The notes beneath the pieces are model-generated. The model did no database searches, was not told the origin of the DNA, and was given only the letters and a program-made list of their open reading frames with translations. A DNA stretch of 64,000 bases from an uncultured virus (IMG/VR IMGVR_UViG_3300006120_000018) (taxonomy: Duplodnaviria; Heunggongvirae; Uroviricota; Caudoviricetes). Made by a program: the position numbers and the translations under genes. The stretch lies in the IMG/VR virus record IMGVR_UViG_3300006120_000018; one strand, written 5' to 3'. Positions within the stretch are counted from its first letter, which is position 1; each line of letters starts with the position of its first letter. Below are positions 30,371 through 40,975 of the stretch, one piece after another.

Positions 30371-32194
30371 TTATATTTCTTTTACTATATTCGAGAATCC
30401 ATTACGTTTTTCTATACAAATTACATTATCTACTTTTCCTGATACTGCTTGTCCTCTGTGTGTTATTATATAAGATGATTCTTCATAATCATCAACTCTA
30501 TCTCGTAAAACATCCAATACTAATTCTATACCCTTTGAATCTAATGAAGAATCAATCAATTCATCATAAAAGGTATGAGAGAACATAACATCACCTTGCA
30601 ATCTTCTTATATCCAAAAATGCAAACAAACAAGCAAGATCAATTCTTTTCCTTTCTCCTGCTGAAAAACTATAATATGACTTCTTTTCTTTACGTTCGTC
30701 TATCATTTGTTCCTCAAAAAATTCATCAAACACACAAAAACATGGAGCTTCGAATTTTTGTAAATAATATTGTAGTCTCTGATTTAATATAGATAGTATT
30801 CTTTTTACTATATAACTTTTCACTCCATCTTCTGATACTACGAATTTAACACAATCAAGAATTGCTAGTTTTTTATCTATCTCTATCAATTCTTCTTTTT
30901 GTTGTGCTAGAGTTTCTTCACTATCTATAACGGTTTGCTCTAATATAGAATTTGTTTCTTTATCTATTTTTAATTTATCTGATTGATAATTCTTTATAGA
31001 TTCTTCGTTATACTCTATTCTTGATTGTGTTTTTTCATTTGCATTACGAAGTTCTCTAATTCCATCTCGTTTTACTTTTATTGCATCAAGTTCCTTTTTA
31101 ACGGATAATTTCTTTTCGTTTATAGGAACAAAACGCAATTCTTCTTCACTTTCAGATTTTCTTAATGTTGACAACTTATCATACAATTCAGCTTTACACT
31201 TTTCCCTATGTTCATTATCTTCTTCTGCATAAGGGCGTTTACAAGTTGGACATCCAGCACCAACCTTTTCTATATCTCTAATCTGTCCATTTATTACCTT
31301 TATGTTTGCTTGTATTTCCGCAATTCCTTTTGATATTTCGAAGTATTTATCTACTAGTCGAATTGATGCTGCATTAAAGGCATCTTCTTTAGACTTCAAT
31401 GTTTCCTCTATATTTTCAGGAATTTCTTTGAATGTTAATTTCAAATCTTTAATATTGGAAGTTGACATTGAAATTTTATCATCAAGATCAGATAACCGCT
31501 TTTGTTTATTACTTTCGAATAACTCCAATTGTTGTTTATTGAGATTATAAGATTTCTCCAATACTTCCTTTTTTGTAAATATCAATTCGTAACTTCTTCT
31601 TAGCTCATTATATTCATCTCTAGCTTTTAATAACATTACAGAAAACACTTCGAGGTTAAGTATATTTTCGATAAACTTTCTCTTCTCTACTTTTTCTTGT
31701 GCCATGAAAGGTTTAGTGTCGTTTATCGTCATGATTACTGAATTTTGAAAAACTTTACCTGTAGAGTTAAGAAGTTTTTGTATATATTCTGTAGTTTTAG
31801 CTATAGTAGATTTCGTTGCATCAATACTATATTCTTTCGTGGTTTCGTCAAATTTAAACAAAGAACATTTCGATGGAGCAATTTGTCTCGTCAATTTATA
31901 TTTTATAGTTTCTGTTGTATCTTCAATAGAGAAGTATAATATAACTTCGCATTGTTTCTTGTTAATAGAATTTACAATAAGGTCTTTGTTTAATTCTCTT
32001 ATTGTAGTTCCAAAAAGTGCAAAATATGGTGCTTCTATTGCTACTGTTGATTTTCCTGCGCCATTTGCACCATCTTTATCAAAATTCTTACCTGTTATTA
32101 TATTAATTCCTGGCTGGAAATCTAATATAACTGGTGTATCTCCAATTGATAGGAAGTTACGAACTGAAATACTATTAAAAATTACTTTACGCAC
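30371..32194 (-). CDS. gp46: Recombination ATPase (T4 gp46 / SbcC-Rad50-like)
   Basis: NFLSIG, GANGAGKS, CPTC zinc hook, FSAGERKRIDLA, DELIDSSLD. Confidence 0.93.
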   Translation of the reverse strand: MRKVIFNSISVRNFLSIGDTPVILDFQPGINIITGKNFDKDGANGAGKSTVAIEAPYFALFGTTIRELNKDLIVNSINKKQCEVILYFSIEDTTETIKYKLTRQIAPSKCSLFKFDETTKEYSIDATKSTIAKTTEYIQKLLNSTGKVFQNSVIMTINDTKPFMAQEKVEKRKFIENILNLEVFSVMLLKARDEYNELRRSYELIFTKKEVLEKSYNLNKQQLELFESNKQKRLSDLDDKISMSTSNIKDLKLTFKEIPENIEETLKSKEDAFNAASIRLVDKYFEISKGIAEIQANIKVINGQIRDIEKVGAGCPTCKRPYAEEDNEHREKCKAELYDKLSTLRKSESEEELRFVPINEKKLSVKKELDAIKVKRDGIRELRNANEKTQSRIEYNEESIKNYQSDKLKIDKETNSILEQTVIDSEETLAQQKEELIEIDKKLAILDCVKFVVSEDGVKSYIVKRILSILNQRLQYYLQKFEAPCFCVFDEFFEEQMIDERKEKKSYYSFSAGERKRIDLACLFAFLDIRRLQGDVMFSHTFYDELIDSSLDSKGIELVLDVLRDRVDDYEESSYIITHRGQAVSGKVDNVICIEKRNGFSNIVKEI

Positions 32195-32200
32195 GTATAT

Positions 32201-32228
32201 ATTATACCAGATTTATTTTCATTTTCAA
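32201..32228 (-). promoter_or_regulatory. Sigma70-like promoter of gp46
   Basis: TTGAAA-N16-TATAAT, 6 nt upstream of the GTG start. Confidence 0.6.
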
Positions 32229-32234
32229 CCAATA

Positions 32235-32924
32235 TTAATAATATGTTATCCAATTGTTTGATTGTTTGATTATTTCTAACGGCAAAATATCTTTAATACC
32301 ATGCACTGAAAATACTTCATTAGTTTTCAATCTCTCTCGAAGTTCTGGATGATGCTCTGGTCTAATTGGATCATGACTATATCCATGTAAAGTAGATATA
32401 TTTATATTTTCATACTCGCAAGTTGCAGCAATCCATCTATCGAGAAATCCCAATTCTGTTGGTGTGTATTTACTATCCGACAATTTTATCCACGTATCTT
32501 GTGTGGCTATCCAAGGAGAATGCCCAAAAAATGATGCATTAAACCTACTTTCATCATTTTTCCAAATTTCTCCCATATACATAGTTCCATCTAATATTTC
32601 TATATTAGTATTGGGGGTTAATAAGATTGTATCATATTCTATCAACACATTTATTCCAGAAAGTTTAGCAAGGGTATCTACAGAAAATTTCGTCCGTTTT
32701 ATACAATCATCACCGTAAAGCTGAGAAACCCCACATGCGTATTCGGTATATTTTGGTAGATTTGGTGTTTCCATATTTTGTATGAATTCTATACCATTTA
32801 CTGGATCATCCTCTGGACAAATCATATAAATATTATCAGTAAAAAATATCCAATTATAATAATGTCTGATTATAACATCTCTCACCTTTCCATGTGCCAT
32901 TACTACAATATTATCAAATTTCAT
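32235..32924 (-). CDS. Putative GT-A-like protein
   Basis: VLIEYDTIL (DxD-like), late D and H motifs; inside the glycosyltransferase cluster. Confidence 0.4.
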   Translation of the reverse strand: MKFDNIVVMAHGKVRDVIIRHYYNWIFFTDNIYMICPEDDPVNGIEFIQNMETPNLPKYTEYACGVSQLYGDDCIKRTKFSVDTLAKLSGINVLIEYDTILLTPNTNIEILDGTMYMGEIWKNDESRFNASFFGHSPWIATQDTWIKLSDSKYTPTELGFLDRWIAATCEYENINISTLHGYSHDPIRPEHHPELRERLKTNEVFSVHGIKDILPLEIIKQSNNWITYY

Positions 32925-32933
32925 ATTTATTAT

Positions 32934-33629
32934 TTAATCTGACATATCTACCGAATCCACTGTAATGTTATCATCTTTCACGTATAACCTATCATGAATA
33001 AACCAAGGTGTTTCTCCACCATATATCCATTTGTTCATACCATATCTAATTGCGATAACAGACATTGCCGTTTGGTCGTGTCTATGCCCCTTTACTCTTG
33101 TGTCTTTTGATGCCAATAACATATTGTTATTATGAGGACCAGGAAAGGTAATCCCATCATTTGCCAATTGCATCATATCTCCAAAAAAATCATATATCAC
33201 TTTATAATTAAAATTCAATCCGAAATTAGTCCCTTGCATACACGGCATAGTAAAAGATTCTTCTCGTGTGATGTTAAGTGTTTTTAATGCTTTATCATGA
33301 CAATAACTACCCAAATCATGATTATACAGAAAGAAATACCCATCGGTGTTTATACGATTAAACGCATCATCAAGATTTTTTTTTATTATTACGCTGCTAT
33401 CCAACCATAATATTCTTTTATATCCATTTTCTAATGCATCTCGTATACAATAATATTTAAACGCAAATGGAGATTCTTGATGTGTTGGACATCCTTTAGG
33501 GTATTCATTAAATCCTAAAAATGGGACACCCAAAGCTTCGCATTGTAATCTAAGTCGATCTACTCCCTTAATAAAGTTATATCCAACACCAAAACTTACA
33601 ACACAAGATTCGTTCATAAAACAATCCAA
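32934..33629 (-). CDS. Putative nucleotide-sugar transferase (GT-A fold)
   Basis: FAFKYYCI..ILWLDSS..HRHDQTAMS. Confidence 0.6.
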   Translation of the reverse strand: MDCFMNESCVVSFGVGYNFIKGVDRLRLQCEALGVPFLGFNEYPKGCPTHQESPFAFKYYCIRDALENGYKRILWLDSSVIIKKNLDDAFNRINTDGYFFLYNHDLGSYCHDKALKTLNITREESFTMPCMQGTNFGLNFNYKVIYDFFGDMMQLANDGITFPGPHNNNMLLASKDTRVKGHRHDQTAMSVIAIRYGMNKWIYGGETPWFIHDRLYVKDDNITVDSVDMSD

Positions 33630-34294
33630 TTTTTTTTAGAAATATTATATAAAAAATTATCATTATATAATCTCGCGTATTTATGATAGTATAATTTTTT
33701 ACTTTTTACTTCTATTGACTCTATTATATGTTTAAAACTAGAATCTATAACGTGTATTTCCGTCGCATTTTCAATGATCTTTAAATAATCAAATATATTA
33801 TTTGTAAATCTAATATCAGGAGTAACCACTTGAACATTTTGTGGTATATGGGTTTTATCTATATTAAAATTTCTTTGTGTATCTTCGTGTATAAAAATGT
33901 AATCCCCCTTTATTTCAAATTTGTCATATAATTCTTGTTCTCTTTTATTATCGCGCAATATATAAAAATCGCTCCATCGTTTATCAAAGTCCAATCCAAC
34001 ACTATGATAAAAAAATTTATCATAATTTTGAATACAATCTAGATATTGATGTCCTATAACGAGATGGGTTTCTTGTGGAACGTTTTTCAGTATGTTCTGT
34101 GCGTCTTTATCATCAGCTTTTACTATCGATAAATTATGTATATCCCTAAACATAAATCCCACACTTTCTACATTATGTGGTTTACAAAAAAGGTTTACTT
34201 TTTCTACCCTTTTACAAATATTTCTAATTAATCCATTACATATAATGTGATCCCCTAATCCCAAATGCTGATATACATAAAGTTCTTTATTCAT
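33614..34294 (-). CDS. Putative GT-B (GT9-like) glycosyltransferase
   Basis: HLGLGDHIICNG; IIENATEIHVIDSS. Confidence 0.55.
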   Translation of the reverse strand: MNKELYVYQHLGLGDHIICNGLIRNICKRVEKVNLFCKPHNVESVGFMFRDIHNLSIVKADDKDAQNILKNVPQETHLVIGHQYLDCIQNYDKFFYHSVGLDFDKRWSDFYILRDNKREQELYDKFEIKGDYIFIHEDTQRNFNIDKTHIPQNVQVVTPDIRFTNNIFDYLKIIENATEIHVIDSSFKHIIESIEVKSKKLYYHKYARLYNDNFLYNISKKNWIVL

Positions 34295-34298
34295 ATTA

Positions 34299-34916
34299 CT
34301 AACGTAAAAATATATCTGAGTAATTATACACCCTCTCTACTGAGTTTCTCGTGAATATATAGTGCCAAGTATATTCAAATATTCTACTAGTAGTAAAATT
34401 ATCTAGATGAGTTTCTATTAAAAAATCCACCAAACTTTGATAAAATTCTATTGGATATTGTAATATTAAGCCTTTATCTACTACAAATTGCGCACATGAA
34501 TAATAAGAAAAAATTGAAGGAAACGTAAGATATTTTTCAAACAGTCTCCAATTATCTTTGAGAAATGCTATATATATTTCACGATTCGCATTCATACTAA
34601 TCTCTTTTTGATAAAAATCACGTTTATTTACCGAAAAAAATAAATCCGCATTCCAATTCACTTTTAATATAATATCATCCATATTAAAGTCTTGATGATA
34701 CGACATCCTATGATCATGTGAAAATAAAGTCTTATCTGGAAGATTATTATAATTATCTATGATATATCGCAAATAACAAAGAGATTCTTGTCCCTTGTTT
34801 GGTTCTATGAAATTATAATTTTTATTGGTTTTAGAATATATAAATTTTTTAATATTTATGTTATCCACCCAACCAATATCGTGATCATAATGAGCGACTA
34901 ATATTGCAGTATCCAT
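34299..34916 (-). CDS. DUF3431-like protein (GT-A related)
   Basis: LVAHY, PNKGQESLCYLRYIIDNYNNLPD..FSH, CAQFVV, FEYTWHYIF. Confidence 0.7.
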   Translation of the reverse strand: MDTAILVAHYDHDIGWVDNINIKKFIYSKTNKNYNFIEPNKGQESLCYLRYIIDNYNNLPDKTLFSHDHRMSYHQDFNMDDIILKVNWNADLFFSVNKRDFYQKEISMNANREIYIAFLKDNWRLFEKYLTFPSIFSYYSCAQFVVDKGLILQYPIEFYQSLVDFLIETHLDNFTTSRIFEYTWHYIFTRNSVERVYNYSDIFLR

Positions 34917-34920
34917 TATA

Positions 34921-35529
34921 TTAATTAATCTTTTCGTATACTAAATACCCATTTCTTTCATTTAAATTGTCATCTATAATCCTATAAATCAATGGATGGT
35001 TTAATACCTCTTCTCTTATTTTTCTACACTTCAATTCTTTCGTATCATCTAAAGCGCAATACCGACTCCTATCTTTTAATAAATTCCATTCCATATATGT
35101 AGAAAACTCTCCACCATCTAGAACCAAAAAATCTATTTTATCATGGACTTTATAATAAACATTAGGCAAATCTTTCATCCAATTATAATCCTGTTGCAAC
35201 CAACTTTTTTGGTCTGAAGATAAAATAGAAACATCAAACCAACTGCTTAACAGAGATTCATCCACCAATTTTCCGAAAATAATATCAAAATTTGAATTTA
35301 AATTTTGTTTATTATTCTTGGTAGCCAAGATAAACATTTCAGGATTACATTCAAACGAACGAAAATTATAAACAACTTTATCTTTTAATCCTTCTAATAT
35401 ACATCTGGTAGTCCCCATACCATTCCAAGTTCCAACTTCTAATATATTATTTACATCAGAGATATTTGCAATATCTCTGATATGTTTACCTAAATTGGTA
35501 GTTTCAAAATTTATTTGTCCGTATTCCAT
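34921..35529 (-). CDS. Class I SAM-dependent methyltransferase-like protein
   Basis: ILEVGTWNGMGTT, IDFLVLDGGE, ALDD. Confidence 0.65.
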   Translation of the reverse strand: MEYGQINFETTNLGKHIRDIANISDVNNILEVGTWNGMGTTRCILEGLKDKVVYNFRSFECNPEMFILATKNNKQNLNSNFDIIFGKLVDESLLSSWFDVSILSSDQKSWLQQDYNWMKDLPNVYYKVHDKIDFLVLDGGEFSTYMEWNLLKDRSRYCALDDTKELKCRKIREEVLNHPLIYRIIDDNLNERNGYLVYEKIN

Positions 35530-35563
35530 ATTTTAATTTTATTTATATACATTAAAAATAAAA

Positions 35564-36319
35564 TCAACATCGTATAATTTTATATACATCATCTTCCATT
35601 ATCAAATCTATCATGTTTTTATTTTCTAAACTATTCCACCCCGTTTTTGGTAATGCGTTTATGATTGTTTCCGCATCAGATAAAAACCCCGCCCAAAAAC
35701 TAAATGTTCCTTGGCTTAATATGAGTTTTTTATGGTGAGATAAAAAATCCAACGTTTTTTTGGAATTCATGGTTATTACATTACATTTATAATTATCGGT
35801 TAATATTTTTATATATTCGTGATTAGGAGAATCAGTAGTGATATTGATAATATCATAATCCTTTATCGCATCTATAGCTTCAATATAGTAGGATATTGGA
35901 AGTAAATGTTGTCTACTATTATAATCCATCAAATCCCCCAATCTAATATGCATCCCTATATCATTATCATTAACAATATATGGAGTTATATTACACCATT
36001 TTTTTATGTTACTTTTATATGGTATGTAATATTCTTTTTTTTGAAAATAATGATCCAATACAATACGTCTTGGTGTATTATCATTAATAATATCACACAA
36101 ATTAAAGTTACAATTATCTAAATATTGAATCGGAGTATTATAACATTGTAATGATTTATTACAATAATCTAAATGAAATTCATCTAACAAAGTATGTTCA
36201 TTTAAGTTTCTTAACTGAAACCCTAAACTTTGTGATATTATTTTACCCAAAAATAATGTAAACATTTGATTACCTAACCTACCTATAGGATTAATTTTAT
36301 TGTATATATCCACACTCAT
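35564..36319 (-). CDS. GT11 (alpha-1,2-fucosyltransferase-like) glycosyltransferase
   Basis: GRLGNQMF, YFQ, MHIRLGD, TFSFWAGFL. Confidence 0.8.
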   Translation of the reverse strand: MSVDIYNKINPIGRLGNQMFTLFLGKIISQSLGFQLRNLNEHTLLDEFHLDYCNKSLQCYNTPIQYLDNCNFNLCDIINDNTPRRIVLDHYFQKKEYYIPYKSNIKKWCNITPYIVNDNDIGMHIRLGDLMDYNSRQHLLPISYYIEAIDAIKDYDIINITTDSPNHEYIKILTDNYKCNVITMNSKKTLDFLSHHKKLILSQGTFSFWAGFLSDAETIINALPKTGWNSLENKNMIDLIMEDDVYKIIRC

Positions 36320-37143
36320 AACAAAACATCTCTTTGATTTATTATAACATTAATCCAATATGGCATAGTCAATTTTTCGATATTACTAAAACACTCTCCG
36401 TTCTTATATTTTTCTATCGTTTCTGTTATAGTAAATTCGTCTATATATTTCCAATCATCTATTTGTATAATAGGCAAATCTTTAAATGTATCATACATAA
36501 AATGCCGTTCTACAATAGGTATCGACCCAAGATATAATGTTTCCCAAGTGCGATGGCAATCTATACCATTTCCTTTAGGTGATGCAACAAACAAAAACCT
36601 TTTAACTTCTTCACAATATTCTTTATATGTATTTTTTCTATCAAATATCCCGTTACCATTTTCAGTTAATATTTTAATAACATCATATCTATTAATATTT
36701 GTAATAGGATTAAAATTACAATATATTTTATTTATAATTTTATTACTAATAGATAGAGGTTTTATATAATCTTTAATAAATTCGAAATCTGTATTTTGTC
36801 CTCTATTACATCCTTTATCATTTTCTATCCCTATAGGTAGAGGAACCAAATCTTTATGTTTATAGTTGACATTTTGTGCATACCATTTATATATACATTT
36901 TGGTTTGTTTATAAATTTAAATTCATTTATCTCATAATCACTACAATGTGATATTAATATATATTTATTATCGTTATTTTTTATTTTATCAAATAATTCG
37001 GGTATAAAATCCGTCTTACACCATATTATTGAACCATCTTTTAATACACTTAAATCATCAAACCTGTTAATATCTATAATAACATCAGCAATAGTTTGAA
37101 ACTTTATTCCACATATAAATTCTTCTTTAAAATTTTCTATCAT
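36316..37143 (-). CDS. Exostosin-like (GT47) glycosyltransferase
   Basis: FVASPKGNGIDCHRTWETLYLGSIPIV. Confidence 0.75.
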   Translation of the reverse strand: MIENFKEEFICGIKFQTIADVIIDINRFDDLSVLKDGSIIWCKTDFIPELFDKIKNNDNKYILISHCSDYEINEFKFINKPKCIYKWYAQNVNYKHKDLVPLPIGIENDKGCNRGQNTDFEFIKDYIKPLSISNKIINKIYCNFNPITNINRYDVIKILTENGNGIFDRKNTYKEYCEEVKRFLFVASPKGNGIDCHRTWETLYLGSIPIVERHFMYDTFKDLPIIQIDDWKYIDEFTITETIEKYKNGECFSNIEKLTMPYWINVIINQRDVLL

Positions 37144-37145
37144 AT

Positions 37146-38063
37146 TTAATCTTTTGTAGTAATTACGTTTTTAAAATTTTGTGTGTTTTTTAATGTATTA
37201 GAAACGATTAATGTATCATCAGTAATTTGTGTTTCTGTATTTGTTGTTTGTTGTATATGATATATAAAATCATCATATAAAGACCTTCCAACATTATTCC
37301 AAAATTTGTTTTTCATAAAAACACAATCCTCATCCAGTTTTTCTATATTTATGATTCGCCTATATTTATAATTTTCTTGCTTTATAATATTTGTAATTTT
37401 AGTAAAAAGTTTATACATATATTCATCTAATATAGGGATTCTTTGCCCCACATAAGAACCATAAACCACCCTTTCATGTTTTGGGAACTTTATGGTGTCT
37501 TTATAAATATGACCAAAATATTCATCATGTTGTATCACATCATCAATTATTAATGGATATATATAATCTCTAGCAAAATCCATATCTGTACCATATGCAA
37601 GATTATTAGTATGTCTCATATATGATGAGATTTTTTCTTTTATGTTAAAGATATTTGCTGTCCCGCCCCACATACCAGTTAATATATTACCACTATGTCC
37701 TCCAGGATGATCGCGCATAATATGAAATTTTTTAGTTGAACGAATCCAATCTTCAACTGCTGCTGCTTCTCTACTATTAATAAGAGAATCAGTATCTCTT
37801 ATTATATATCTATCAACTTCCAAATCATCATTAACCAAAAATCGCCAAAATGTACCTTCGGTATCTTTATTTTCTTCACATAAAAATATTTCAGAGCCTA
37901 GATTTTTAAGTTCTGATACTACGTCATTAGGAACCGTGTGGTCTATATAAAATCTGGTAATCCAAGATGGATAAATGGTTCTTGCTAGATGCACATTTTT
38001 TATTGCTAATGCATTATATTCTTTATGCGCTCCCCATAAACTAAATGATATTACATTTTTCAT
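37146..38063 (-). CDS. Putative glycosyltransferase (ISFSLWG family)
   Basis: VISFSLWG, FWRFL, IIRDTDS, FHIMRDHP, GMWGG. Confidence 0.6.
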   Translation of the reverse strand: MKNVISFSLWGAHKEYNALAIKNVHLARTIYPSWITRFYIDHTVPNDVVSELKNLGSEIFLCEENKDTEGTFWRFLVNDDLEVDRYIIRDTDSLINSREAAAVEDWIRSTKKFHIMRDHPGGHSGNILTGMWGGTANIFNIKEKISSYMRHTNNLAYGTDMDFARDYIYPLIIDDVIQHDEYFGHIYKDTIKFPKHERVVYGSYVGQRIPILDEYMYKLFTKITNIIKQENYKYRRIINIEKLDEDCVFMKNKFWNNVGRSLYDDFIYHIQQTTNTETQITDDTLIVSNTLKNTQNFKNVITTKD

Positions 38064-38730
38064 CTTTAAATCCAGTCAATCTCCTTCTTTGATATGTTTC
38101 ATAATCTATTTTTTCTAACTTATTATTCCTAATATACAAATCATCAGGATTTTCATTCACATTTGAATATTGAACATGTTTTATTAATTCCATGTCAAAA
38201 TATTTAACCTTTCTATTCATTAAAGAAGCTGCGGTAAATTCAGTATCACAATATAAAGATTGGTATTCAGGATTATAAATATACCCAAACCTATCATAAT
38301 ATTTCTTACCTATTATAGATAAGGTGTTTAATTTTTCCCCTTGGAACCCATCATTAAACCATAAAACACCATCCATATCAGGAAAATTTTCTAACATTTT
38401 TTCTTTAATAATAACATCATATCCTGCTTGAATAGGTTGCATATCATCTGATGCTAATAATAATATATCAAATTCAACTCCTTCCATATTATTGTTTATC
38501 GCAGAAACTTTTGATGCATTTTCACTAAAGAAGTATCTAAGATTTGGATACGAGTCTAATCTTCCTTTAACTTCATCATTATTCATAGTTTCATCATCAT
38601 TATCACAGGAGACTATAAATTCAAAGTTTTCACTTCTCAACATAAAATAATATTCGTCCAACCTAATAAAGAACTTTTCTGGTCTACTTCTAGTGGGAAA
38701 TTTAATCAACAATTTCAAGTTATTCAGCAT
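38041..38730 (-). CDS. GT2-like glycosyltransferase
   Basis: KFPTRSRP, ILLLASDDM, YCDTEF. Confidence 0.7.
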   Translation of the reverse strand: MLNNLKLLIKFPTRSRPEKFFIRLDEYYFMLRSENFEFIVSCDNDDETMNNDEVKGRLDSYPNLRYFFSENASKVSAINNNMEGVEFDILLLASDDMQPIQAGYDVIIKEKMLENFPDMDGVLWFNDGFQGEKLNTLSIIGKKYYDRFGYIYNPEYQSLYCDTEFTAASLMNRKVKYFDMELIKHVQYSNVNENPDDLYIRNNKLEKIDYETYQRRRLTGFKDEKCNII

Positions 38731-39451
38731 ATATATTTACTCCTTTATATTTTAAAATTTCTTTATTATACATTCGTTCAATAAATCTCCCGTATTTAAA
38801 CATCTCCTTATTATTATGAGTAGCGGTAGCATCAACATCTATATTACTATCATTATCACCATATTTTAAAGTTCTCCAAGACATCCCTTCATAATGAGTA
38901 AAATATATATCCTGCAATTTAACATTTCCTATTTTAAGTTTTGAATTTTTTATATCTTCAAAAAACGACGCACCAACATCATAAATTTTACCATCCACCA
39001 CATTTGATAATCGGGATTTATCATAAAATTTTATCCCATTATCTTTAATATTTTTAACATTTATAAAACAATGCCAAGGATGAACTCTATTATACAAAGA
39101 CTTTCCTCCCCTATCTCCACAAATTTCCCCTAGTAATGTAACATCCATCAATTGAACTTGTGAAAAAATATCTTCATGAGACTTCAAAAATATAACATCA
39201 GTATCCACTAATAACATATATTCTGTTTCACATTTATCGATTAATATATTCACTGAAGGACTATGCAACCCACCATTATTTCTTATATACGGAACTTTAT
39301 ATTCTTTTAATAATACTTCAGTATCATCATTTGTGGAATTATCACAAATTAAAACCTTCGTCTCGTCATGATGTGAAAAAAATGACTTTAACATCGTTAT
39401 CGTCACATCAGGAGTATTATAAGAACATGAAGCAAGAGTTATATTATTCAT
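38720..39451 (-). CDS. GT2-like glycosyltransferase
   Basis: SYNTP, ICDNSTND, LLVDTDVIF. Confidence 0.75.
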   Translation of the reverse strand: MNNITLASCSYNTPDVTITMLKSFFSHHDETKVLICDNSTNDDTEVLLKEYKVPYIRNNGGLHSPSVNILIDKCETEYMLLVDTDVIFLKSHEDIFSQVQLMDVTLLGEICGDRGGKSLYNRVHPWHCFINVKNIKDNGIKFYDKSRLSNVVDGKIYDVGASFFEDIKNSKLKIGNVKLQDIYFTHYEGMSWRTLKYGDNDSNIDVDATATHNNKEMFKYGRFIERMYNKEILKYKGVNIYAE

Positions 39452-40295
39452 TTTTAGATTTATGTTGTTTAATCCATTCTATCACATTTTCTTGTGAATC
39501 TAAAGGTGTTTGTGCTGGATACTGACCGTTTTTAATACGATATTTTTCTGCATTAGCCCAAACATTATCAATCCACTCTTTAGTGTTTTTAGATGTTGTG
39601 CTGTTTTCAATAGAATCCTTTTGTGGTTCGATATATTTATCACTATTAGCAATATCAGCAAAATACCAAAAAGGTGGATGAAACCCTGCCTTTATAGCTT
39701 GGTATGTATGGTCCACGTGTTCCCAAGCATTTTTATATTGTTCATCCAAATATCCAATTTTTTCAATTACACTTCTATGGTAATAAGAAAACATTCCAGA
39801 AATATGCTCATATAACGCAATTTTATATCTATTACCATAATCTAATATCAGCTTGGGATTTGGTTCACTATCCAAAGATAATTCATGTCTATTATGTAAA
39901 TCAAATGAAGTATTCTGTTTATGGTTAAATGGGGTTCCTAGAGCATAATTTAAATGTTTTATTCCTGATATTAGAGACATATTAATATATTCTTGTAATA
40001 CATCCTTACATAATACGTGCTTAAAAATTATATCATCTTCAATCAAAAATATATGTTCACAACCAGCATCCATTAAATATTGCAACGCTTTATTTTTACT
40101 TTTTGCAATACCTAAATTAATTTCATTATCTATTAATTTACCATCAATATGTCTGATCGTTTTTAATTGTTCACCATCATTAACAACTACAAGTTTATCA
40201 TATTTCAATTCAGCAGCAAATATACTTTCAAGACAGCAATATAATGCATGTTCTCTGTTACAAGTCGTAATGCCTATACCTATTTTGTTTTTCAT
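39444..40295 (-). CDS. GT2-like glycosyltransferase
   Basis: GITTCNR, VVNDG, NLGIAKSKN, FLIEDD, WEHVD. Confidence 0.8.
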   Translation of the reverse strand: MKNKIGIGITTCNREHALYCCLESIFAAELKYDKLVVVNDGEQLKTIRHIDGKLIDNEINLGIAKSKNKALQYLMDAGCEHIFLIEDDIIFKHVLCKDVLQEYINMSLISGIKHLNYALGTPFNHKQNTSFDLHNRHELSLDSEPNPKLILDYGNRYKIALYEHISGMFSYYHRSVIEKIGYLDEQYKNAWEHVDHTYQAIKAGFHPPFWYFADIANSDKYIEPQKDSIENSTTSKNTKEWIDNVWANAEKYRIKNGQYPAQTPLDSQENVIEWIKQHKSKNE

Positions 40296-40975
40296 TGCTT
40301 TATTCGTTTTAATTCTTCTGTTAATATTTTTAATTCACCCACATTCTCTTCCCAAGGCAAACTTTCATATTTATATAGGAACCACTGTGAACTATACTCA
40401 TCTATATTAGGTTTGTCTATAATAATCTTTTGGTGATTAATATCGAACATCCAAGGTGTTGCTTTAAACCCTGATACTGGCATTAACTTCTTTTTAGCTA
40501 ATCTGTGAGTATAATCAATAGAACTAGTAAAATCTTTCAACCGAACATCAAAATATCCGACTACTTCGATTGCTCGTCTTTCAATAACTTCTAATATTAG
40601 TTTTTGTCCCATTCCAGTTCCAATATCAATTTTAGCATCACCATAATCAATAGTAGTAACCGCTTTTAGATCACCAACAAAATATGGAATGTTGGTTATT
40701 TTCATTACTCTTTGATACTCTGATATTAAATTAATCACATCAGTCAAAGACTGTTCTGTAATTTTTTTATCAGGACACCATAGAACATTAACACCATATT
40801 CCCCTACATAACCTTTACGTAATGCTTCGTTTTTTAATTGTGTTAGGTTTTCATCTCTAGTATATGAAATCACATCATACTCTGTGTTAATACCACTTTT
40901 AAACCTATCAAAAATAGTAAATTTAACTTTCGGTAATTGTTCTTGCTTCGTTGTATAATTCAATGCATTTTTCAT
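40292..40975 (-). CDS. Degenerate GT2-like protein
   Basis: LTQLKNEALR and IEVVGYFDVR..IDYTHR parallel the neighbouring GT2 protein. Confidence 0.45.
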   Translation of the reverse strand: MKNALNYTTKQEQLPKVKFTIFDRFKSGINTEYDVISYTRDENLTQLKNEALRKGYVGEYGVNVLWCPDKKITEQSLTDVINLISEYQRVMKITNIPYFVGDLKAVTTIDYGDAKIDIGTGMGQKLILEVIERRAIEVVGYFDVRLKDFTSSIDYTHRLAKKKLMPVSGFKATPWMFDINHQKIIIDKPNIDEYSSQWFLYKYESLPWEENVGELKILTEELKRIKQ

